Of a DNA stretch of 64,000 nucleotides, positions 57,498 through 64,000 are shown piece after piece. The DNA comes from Chitinophagales bacterium (lineage in GTDB: Bacteria; Bacteroidota; Bacteroidia; Chitinophagales; UBA8649), in the NCBI GenBank assembly GCA_049610685.1, contig JBMYZU010000010.1:2460-66459 (forward strand), read 5' to 3'. Numbering within the stretch: position 1 is the stretch's first letter; the number at the start of each line of letters is the position of its first letter. The translations under genes and the position numbers were made by a program. Below the pieces are notes generated by a model, which was not told the origin of the DNA, did no database searches, and saw only the letters and a program-made list of their open reading frames with translations.

Positions 57498-58700
57498 TCA
57501 GCTAAAATACGGAGCCAATCGGCCAACCATTTTTTCTAAGTCCTCAATAGATGCTGCATAGGAAATACGCATGGCATTTGGCTCACCAAATCCTGACCCA
57601 CCCACTAACGCGACATCCAATTGATCGAGTAACAACTCAGCAAGCCGATCACCTGACGTAATCTCATTACCATTGATGGACATACCGATTGCCTCTTGAA
57701 TATTGATAAATAAGTAAAAGGCTCCATCTGGTTTTATGTAGGACCATCCTTTAAAATCTTTAAGTGCATCAAGGAGATAATCCCTACGTTCAACAAAGGC
57801 ATCACGCATGGCCAAGGTTTCATCCAAAGGCCCAAGCAATGCAGACTCAGCCCCCTTTTGAGCCGCGGCAGATGTGCCCGAGGTAAATTGCCCCTGAAGC
57901 TTACTACAAGCTTTTACGACATCTTTTGGACCCGCTAAGTATCCGATACGCCAGCCCGTCATACAATACCCTTTTGACATGCCATTCACCAACAGGACTT
58001 GGTCGCGAATAGGCTGATTTTTTGCAATACTTGCATGGGGCTTTCCTGTAAAATTGATATGCTCATAAATCTCATCAGTCAAGACCCATAATGACGGGTG
58101 TTTTTCAATAACCTTGGCCAGAGCATCCAATTCCTCTTGAGAATAGCACATTCCCGAAGGATTACTAGGACTGCTGAAGATCAGCATTTTCGCAACCTTA
58201 CCCGAGGAAGAAAGACTCGCCAACGTTGACTCAAGTTGTGCTGGAGTAATCTTAAACTGTTGATCAATACCTGTAGGCATGGGGAAAACCTCCGCCCCCG
58301 CCATCTTTGCTATGCCCGCATAACTCACCCAATACGGGACAGGAAGCAAAACAACCTCTCCAGGATTAACGAGAGTCAATACTGCATTGGCAATCGATTG
58401 CTTAGCTCCAGTCGACACGATGATCTCATCTGGAGCGTACGACAGATTATTTTGCGTTGAAAGCTTGCTGGAAATAGCCTCTCTCAGACTGAGCAATCCT
58501 GGGACCGGTGTATACTTCGTAAAACCATCTCGTAATGCCTTGGCACCTGCTTCTACTATAAAATCAGGGGTTGGGAAATCTGGTTCGCCCAAGGTCAGGT
58601 TGATTACCTCTTTTCCTGCTTGGCGTTTTTCACGCGCCATTTGAGCCATCTTAATGGTAGATGAAGTAGGAACGCGTTGGATGAGTTTGGAGAAAGTCAT
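57498..58700 (-). CDS. PLP-dependent aminotransferase class I (aspartate aminotransferase-like)
   Basis: LTLGEPDFPTP, PSNPSG and a SKGYCMTGWRIGY lysine motif. Confidence 0.88.
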   Translation of the reverse strand: MTFSKLIQRVPTSSTIKMAQMAREKRQAGKEVINLTLGEPDFPTPDFIVEAGAKALRDGFTKYTPVPGLLSLREAISSKLSTQNNLSYAPDEIIVSTGAKQSIANAVLTLVNPGEVVLLPVPYWVSYAGIAKMAGAEVFPMPTGIDQQFKITPAQLESTLASLSSSGKVAKMLIFSSPSNPSGMCYSQEELDALAKVIEKHPSLWVLTDEIYEHINFTGKPHASIAKNQPIRDQVLLVNGMSKGYCMTGWRIGYLAGPKDVVKACSKLQGQFTSGTSAAAQKGAESALLGPLDETLAMRDAFVERRDYLLDALKDFKGWSYIKPDGAFYLFINIQEAIGMSINGNEITSGDRLAELLLDQLDVALVGGSGFGEPNAMRISYAASIEDLEKMVGRLAPYFS

Positions 58701-58720
58701 GGTCAGTGTTGAGGATGGAT

Positions 58721-59086
58721 CTAAAGCGCTTCTTGTACAGATGCCGTATAGGCGCCATCGTGTAAGGCACCAATAACTTGAATCATTGAGTCTGGAGTTA
58801 TAGAAGAGTTATCAAAGCGTACAAATGCCGTTTGATTCTCAAAATCCACAACACAGGCACTTACCCCTGCGCAAGAAGCAAGTTTTGCTTCAATAGGCTT
58901 AGCACATCCAGTAGGACACATCATACCCTCAATAGAGAGAAGTGCAGAGTCGTTTGCAGTGACTTCTTGATTTGATGTTTCAGATTCATTAGGGTCTGAC
59001 GTATTACCTGACTCGCTGGTGCAACTCAGAAGAAAAAATGATGCTGAAATCAGGAAGAAACAACAGAAACTAGTAATTTTTCTCAT
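58721..59086 (-). CDS. heavy-metal-associated (HMA) domain lipoprotein
   Basis: Lipobox FLLSC. HMA-like IEGMMCPTGCAKPIE with CxxxC spacing. Confidence 0.7.
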   Translation of the reverse strand: MRKITSFCCFFLISASFFLLSCTSESGNTSDPNESETSNQEVTANDSALLSIEGMMCPTGCAKPIEAKLASCAGVSACVVDFENQTAFVRFDNSSITPDSMIQVIGALHDGAYTASVQEAL

Positions 59087-59126
59087 AGCGGTTTAATCGA
59101 TAGGTGCTTGCTTCAAAAGTAGGCCT

Positions 59127-59825
59127 TTACCCTAAACCTTTTGAAAAACTATCGAAACCTTTTTCACATCCTGCAACCCATGTGCATAAGTCTTGACCAA
59201 AGTCATGTTTAGCGCGATGTTCCACCGCACTGGCCCAACCCAAATCAACGTCTAAAAAACGAGCACAAAACAATCGCTCCGGTAGGATTTTGTCCAAAAT
59301 AAACATCTGCTCCTTTACCTGGTTTGGTCGGGATAAATGATGGCTCTCTTTACACCATGAGAGGCGCTTGAGATAGACATCAAGTGAATCCACATCATAC
59401 ACATGACTGTTTAATCGATCGGCCAAGGTGTTGTAAGACTCAGATAGCATATCGCCCCAATGGGAAGACGCATCCTGTTGATTTAAGAGCCATCCATCAA
59501 GCATTAACTCAAGCCATACGTGGGCAATAGTATGGCAGCGCTTCCAACCTAAAGGCTCAGCATATTGCTGTACATCTTCTGTGATGGCTATACAAGCCTT
59601 TTGGAAAACATCGAGATGATGGAAGTGCTGATCCAAGTGAATATGCCACTGAATACCGACCATCCAATCTTGCAATATGGAATCGCGTACAATATCGTCT
59701 GCACTAAGTCGTGAAGAATTATATACCCGAGTAAATCTTGGCCAAAGATCGGGCGCAATAACCCCATGAGCCGTGTAGGATGAGCAAGATTCAGGAAGAG
59801 TAACTAAGTGGCTGTAGATATTCAT
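59127..59825 (-). CDS. hypothetical His-rich protein (weak AcpH/ACP-phosphodiesterase-like pattern)
   Basis: MNIYSHL..., GIQWHIHLDQHFHH and HTIAHVWLELMLDGWL loosely parallel AcpH motifs. The assignment is unverified. Confidence 0.45.
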   Translation of the reverse strand: MNIYSHLVTLPESCSSYTAHGVIAPDLWPRFTRVYNSSRLSADDIVRDSILQDWMVGIQWHIHLDQHFHHLDVFQKACIAITEDVQQYAEPLGWKRCHTIAHVWLELMLDGWLLNQQDASSHWGDMLSESYNTLADRLNSHVYDVDSLDVYLKRLSWCKESHHLSRPNQVKEQMFILDKILPERLFCARFLDVDLGWASAVEHRAKHDFGQDLCTWVAGCEKGFDSFSKGLG

Positions 59826-59877
59826 GTTCTATTCCGGTGCGAAAATATCTACCTTGCAGGAAAAAGGTGCAATAATT

Positions 59878-61170
59878 ATGCATAAAGATGTTTTTCAAGA
59901 GTTGGAATGGCGAGGGATGATTCACAATCACATACCCGGAACAGCTGAACGATTAGCAGAGAAATCTACTAAGGTGTATATCGGGTTTGACCCAACCTCT
60001 GACTCCCTCCATGTCGGAAGTTTAGTGCCTATTATGATCTTAGCTCACCTGCAACAGGCCGGGCATACTCCTGTTGCCCTAATTGGCGGCGCAACGGCCA
60101 TGGTAGGCGATCCATCTGGAAAGAGTAAGGAAAGAAACTTGCTAACTGCTAAGGAGATTCAGTACAATATGTTTGGTATTCGCAAACAACTCCAGCGATT
60201 TCTGGACTTTGAATCAGAAGAAAATGCTGCCGTTATTGTGAACAATGCAGAGTGGCTCGGAAAATTCAATGTTTTAGACTTCATTCGGGATGTTGGGAAA
60301 ATGGTCACAGTAAATACAATGATGGCCAAAGAATCGGTTAAAAAGCGAATTGAAACTGGAATATCCTTCACGGAGTTCACCTATCAGTTACTGCAGGGTT
60401 ATGATTTCCTTCATTTGTTTAAAACAATGGATTGTGAGATCCAAGCTGGTGGGTCAGATCAATGGGGTAATATCACAACTGGAACGGAAATGATTCGCAA
60501 GGAATTGGGTAAATCCGCCTATGCCTTTACCTGTCCCTTGGTTACAAAATCTGATGGAGGAAAATTCGGAAAAACTGAGCAAGGAAACGTTTGGCTTGAT
60601 CCCAAGCGAACCTCACCTTACGCCTTTTATCAATTCTGGCTAAATACAAGTGATGAAGATGCTACGAAGTATATCAAGCTTTTCACCATGCTTGATCGAT
60701 CAACTATCGAAGATTTGATTGCCAGTCATCAAGAAGAACCCCACCTTCGTGCCCTCCAAAAAGAACTTGCGGAAAACATAACAACTATCGTCCACGGAGA
60801 AGAGGGACTCCAAAAAGCCCAACGGGCTACCAAACTGCTCTTTGGAAAATCTGAACGTAGCGATTTGGATGCGTTTACTGCAGAAGAATTGAAACAGATA
60901 TTCGATGGAATGCCACAGTTTGAGCTATCGCAAGACATACTCGACAATGGAGTATCTATGGATGAGATGCTCAGTGGTGCAACGGCAATTTGCGAATCGA
61001 AATCCGATGCGCGACGAGCACTGAAGGAGAATTCAATCCAAGTCAATAAAAACCGAATCAGTTCAGACTATGTCTGTACTAAGGAAGACGTGATGTCGAA
61101 TGGAATCATTCTCATTCAACGTGGCAAAAAGAAATATTTCTTGGTAACCGTGGTTAGCAAACAAGAGTAA
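59878..61170 (+). CDS. tyrS: tyrosine--tRNA ligase
   Basis: Start MHKDVFQELEWRG. HIGH-like SLHVGS, KFGKT (KMSKS) and an S4-like C-terminus. Confidence 0.95.
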   Translation: MHKDVFQELEWRGMIHNHIPGTAERLAEKSTKVYIGFDPTSDSLHVGSLVPIMILAHLQQAGHTPVALIGGATAMVGDPSGKSKERNLLTAKEIQYNMFGIRKQLQRFLDFESEENAAVIVNNAEWLGKFNVLDFIRDVGKMVTVNTMMAKESVKKRIETGISFTEFTYQLLQGYDFLHLFKTMDCEIQAGGSDQWGNITTGTEMIRKELGKSAYAFTCPLVTKSDGGKFGKTEQGNVWLDPKRTSPYAFYQFWLNTSDEDATKYIKLFTMLDRSTIEDLIASHQEEPHLRALQKELAENITTIVHGEEGLQKAQRATKLLFGKSERSDLDAFTAEELKQIFDGMPQFELSQDILDNGVSMDEMLSGATAICESKSDARRALKENSIQVNKNRISSDYVCTKEDVMSNGIILIQRGKKKYFLVTVVSKQE

Positions 61171-61203
61171 ATTGGCCTTTAAGAGGCTAAGAGCTGCGCG
61201 TAA

Positions 61204-61425
61204 CTAGTACTCTTCTTCATCAAAGAAGAAATCATCCTTTGTGGGATAATCAGGCCAGATGTCTTCAATGCTCTCATAAACTTCATCGTCATCTTCCAAT
61301 TCTTGAAGATTTTCTACTACCTCGACAGGTGCTCCTGTACGAATAGCAAAATCAATGAGATCATCCTTTGACGCAGGCCAAGGTGCTTCTTCTAAATGCG
61401 TCGCTAGTTCCAATGTCCAAAACAT
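61204..61425 (-). CDS. DUF2795-like small acidic protein
   Basis: HLEEAPWPASKDDLIDFAIRTGAPVEVVENL resembles DUF2795. Confidence 0.65.
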   Translation of the reverse strand: MFWTLELATHLEEAPWPASKDDLIDFAIRTGAPVEVVENLQELEDDDEVYESIEDIWPDYPTKDDFFFDEEEY

Positions 61426-61514
61426 ACGATGTGCTTTCAGCCAAAAATAGGATTTCCAATGAATCCAACAAGTTTAGAATCCACACGAATGTGCATATCT
61501 TCCATAAATAGAGG

Positions 61515-62060
61515 CTAAGCCTCCCATTTACGCTCCTCTACACCTTGTTCTTTAGCCAGTTGACGACTGAGTATAAATAGATAATCCGATAGTCTGTTTA
61601 AGTATTGTATGATGAAGGCGACTGAATCAAGGTCGGAATCAAGGCCAACTACACGGCGTTCTGCTCTTCGGCAGATGCTACGCGCAACATGACAATAGGC
61701 ATTACCCAAACAGCCGCCAGGAAGAATGAAATTTTTTAAGGGCGGCAACTCATTTGTTAGCGCATCCATTTCCTCTTCCAATGCAACAATCTCCCGAGGA
61801 TTTAGCTCAGGTAAAAATTCTGATTTAGGGTTATCCAAGGAAGCAAGATGACTACCAATACGAAACAACATATCTTGAACGTTAAGCAGTTTATCCGCAG
61901 GTAGTTTCGTTTGTCGCACATGTTCTATAACAACAGCTAGGACGCTATTTAACTCATCGACTGTACCATAGGCCTCAACGCGCCGATCAGCCTTGGAAAC
62001 TCGACTTCCTCCGAATAAACCGGTTTCTCCTTTATCCCCTGTTTTTGTGTAGATTTTCAT
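61515..62060 (-). CDS. ATP:cob(I)alamin adenosyltransferase (PduO type)
   Basis: MKIYTKTGDKGETGLFGG N-terminus and a helical bundle, typical of the PduO-type family. Confidence 0.9.
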   Translation of the reverse strand: MKIYTKTGDKGETGLFGGSRVSKADRRVEAYGTVDELNSVLAVVIEHVRQTKLPADKLLNVQDMLFRIGSHLASLDNPKSEFLPELNPREIVALEEEMDALTNELPPLKNFILPGGCLGNAYCHVARSICRRAERRVVGLDSDLDSVAFIIQYLNRLSDYLFILSRQLAKEQGVEERKWEA

Positions 62061-62067
62061 GACAAAC

Positions 62068-62763
62068 TCAATGTTTTTTAGTCAAGACTTCGTGGCGTTC
62101 AATTCGTCCGTCTTTCAGATGAATAATGCGTTGGGCATACTCCGCAATTTCTCGTTCATGTGTAACAACAACAATCGTATTGCCTTGGGCGTTCACTTTC
62201 GTCAACATTTCCATGATTTCTTGAGCTGTTGTGCTATCAAGATTTCCTGTGGGTTCATCCGCTAAAACTAACGATGGCTTATTGGCTAAGGCTCTAGCAA
62301 TTGCCACGCGCTGACGTTGTCCACCAGATAACTGATTGGGTTTATTTTTCAGACGGTCACCTAACCCCACTAACTCAAGCATCTCCTGAGCACGTACTCG
62401 ACGCTGTTTAGTCGAAACGCCAGCATACACCAATGGTAAGGCTACGTTATCCAAACTTGACATTCGGGGTAGTAGATTAAAGCTTTGAAAAACAAATCCT
62501 ATCTCCGTATTACGAATTTCAGAAAGCTGCCGGTCCCCCATAGACCCTACATCTTTACCGTTTAACGCATACTTTCCAGAAGTTGGACTATCCAAACAGC
62601 CGAGGACGTTCATCAATGTGGATTTACCAGAGCCTGAGGGACCCATAAGCGCAACAAATTCATTTTGATGGATCGATAAGTCCACGCCATCTAGGGCATG
62701 AATATCTACTCCTCCGAGTCGGTACGATTTACGAATATTCTCAAGAACGATTAGAGCACTCAT
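62068..62763 (-). CDS. ABC transporter ATP-binding protein (MacB/LolD type)
   Basis: Walker A GPSGSGKST, signature LSGGQRQR and Walker B LVLADEPTGNLD. Confidence 0.9.
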   Translation of the reverse strand: MSALIVLENIRKSYRLGGVDIHALDGVDLSIHQNEFVALMGPSGSGKSTLMNVLGCLDSPTSGKYALNGKDVGSMGDRQLSEIRNTEIGFVFQSFNLLPRMSSLDNVALPLVYAGVSTKQRRVRAQEMLELVGLGDRLKNKPNQLSGGQRQRVAIARALANKPSLVLADEPTGNLDSTTAQEIMEMLTKVNAQGNTIVVVTHEREIAEYAQRIIHLKDGRIERHEVLTKKH

Positions 62764-63056
62764 TGCCCTTTAATCACTTTAGGCACTTTAAAATAAGTTC
62801 CATCATGACTCGGTGCACTGCGAAAGACATCCTCCTTTGCAAGAGTTGGCATTGTATCATCCGATCGGAGACGGCCTTTTACCTCATGAACTTGCGTCAT
62901 TGGCTTCTCATTGGAAAGATCAAGTTGATCGAGGGTATCCACAAAACCAATCATACGCTCTAAGTCATTGACTAAGCGTTCCTTCTCCTCCGTATTAAAA
63001 CTGAGTTTTGCCAATGATGCCAAACGTTCAACAAGTTTTAAATCAACCTTCATCAT
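62760..63056 (-). CDS. gatC: Asp/Glu-tRNA amidotransferase subunit C
   Basis: 98 aa. VERLASLAKLSF..EE and LR.D patterns of GatC. Confidence 0.88.
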   Translation of the reverse strand: MMKVDLKLVERLASLAKLSFNTEEKERLVNDLERMIGFVDTLDQLDLSNEKPMTQVHEVKGRLRSDDTMPTLAKEDVFRSAPSHDGTYFKVPKVIKGQ

Positions 63057-63129
63057 GCTAAAATAAGAGGGATTTATGGAAGATTGATTTTATTCCCTCT
63101 ATATCGAATGAAATATTAACTTCGAAAGT

Positions 63130-64000
63130 ATGAAAACGGTGCTCAGTGGAATGCGTGCAACAAGTCGTTTGCACTTGGGAAATTATTTTGGAGCAGCAGC
63201 CAATTGGTTGCGCATGCAAGAAGAATACAATTGCTATTTTTTTGTGGCGGATTTACACGCCCTAACAACCGATCATGATCCGAAAGCATTAAATCATCAT
63301 ACGAAAACCATTTTAGCACACTACCTCGGTCTAGGCCTAGACCCCGAAAAATGTACTCTATATATCCAGAGCGATGTGCCAGAGATTATTGAACTCTATC
63401 TTGTGCTCAACATGTTCGCCAACAAAGGGGAATTGGAAAAAACTGCGTCTTTTAAGGAGAAAGCAAGAAAAAAAGGGCAATCATTAAACGCTGGACTACT
63501 CACCTACCCCGTGCTTATGGCAGCGGATATTCTTATTCATAGGGCTGATTTTGTACCCGTAGGAAAAGATCAAGAACAACATCTTGAAATGACCCGAACC
63601 TTTGGTAACCGGTTTAATCATGTATACAAAACGGACTTATTCCCAGAGCCTCAAGCTTTTGCCTACAGCGAAAGTCTGGTGAAAATATTTGCATTGGATG
63701 GCAGTGGTCAAAAAATGAGCAAATCTGATCATAATACAAACAACACCATCTTTCTCACGGATTCGGACGACGAGATTCGGAAAAAACTAAAAAAAGCGAA
63801 GACTGATAGCGGCCCCCAAGAAAAAAACAGTCCTTTCACACAGGAAATTAAAGGGCTTTTCGAGTTAATGGCTGGGGTTAGTAGTCAGGAAACATTGCAA
63901 GCATTCACAGCAGATTATGCGAATTGCGCAATACGTTATGGAGATTTCAAAGCCCAGTTAGCCACAGATGTTATTGAATTTATTGCGCCAAAACGAGAAG
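63130..64000 (+). CDS. trpS: tryptophan--tRNA ligase (3' end outside the window)
   Basis: Manual translation MKTVLSGMRATSRLHLGNYFGAAANW... with HLGN (HIGH) and KMSKS. The frame stays open to the window edge, so it is absent from the ORF track. Confidence 0.93.
   Translation, partial: MKTVLSGMRATSRLHLGNYFGAAANWLRMQEEYNCYFFVADLHALTTDHDPKALNHHTKTILAHYLGLGLDPEKCTLYIQSDVPEIIELYLVLNMFANKGELEKTASFKEKARKKGQSLNAGLLTYPVLMAADILIHRADFVPVGKDQEQHLEMTRTFGNRFNHVYKTDLFPEPQAFAYSESLVKIFALDGSGQKMSKSDHNTNNTIFLTDSDDEIRKKLKKAKTDSGPQEKNSPFTQEIKGLFELMAGVSSQETLQAFTADYANCAIRYGDFKAQLATDVIEFIAPKRE

Noticed and set aside
63057-63129. Hairpin agaggga...tccctct in the gatC-trpS divergent intergenic region, considered as a possible regulatory RNA or T-box.
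   Set aside because: It is only a 7-bp stem with a loop of about 20 nt, and it has no T-box or other known leader signatures. It is most simply part of a divergent promoter region.

Overview
Gene-dense chromosomal segment (about 65 genes, roughly 43% GC by eye) from a Bacteroidota genome that looks Flavobacteriia-like. The lineage call rests on an LpxC/FabZ fusion, T9SS PorP/SprF, PorX and C-terminal sorting domains, DUF4294, a Lacal_2735-type miniprotein, and start contexts without Shine-Dalgarno sequences. Most of the window is core housekeeping. This includes groES(partial)-groEL, an apbC-nifU-pyrF chain, lipB, trhO, the lipid A cluster lpxD-lpxC/fabZ-lpxA, tsaE, lgt, mtaB and upp. It also includes a fatty-acid-CoA ligase, tRNA-Pro(UGG), four aminoacyl-tRNA synthetase genes (lysS, pheS, tyrS, trpS partial), xth, menB, queA, gatC and ABC transporter parts. 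Envelope and type IX secretion content is interspersed: two paralogous PorP/SprF + PorE(PG1058)-like OmpA gene pairs about 9 kb apart, a PorX-type receiver-PglZ regulator translationally coupled to an M43 metalloprotease cargo, and a 1156-aa Asp-box/PKD cargo. I see no CRISPR array, transposase, integrase, prophage or recognisable defence island. I could not find a clearly new multi-gene system. The best candidates for follow-up are: (i) a two-gene lipoprotein pair of unknown function, a parallel beta-helix protein plus a diheme c-type cytochrome, next to an orphan multi-PAS histidine kinase; (ii) the duplicated PorP-PorE modules; (iii) a secreted protein of about ten 35-aa repeats coupled to Fe-S carrier genes; (iv) an apparently frameshifted membrane-anchored winged-helix regulator; (v) an orphan radical SAM/SPASM enzyme divergent from menB. 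All family assignments come from reading motifs in the translations, and no database search was run.
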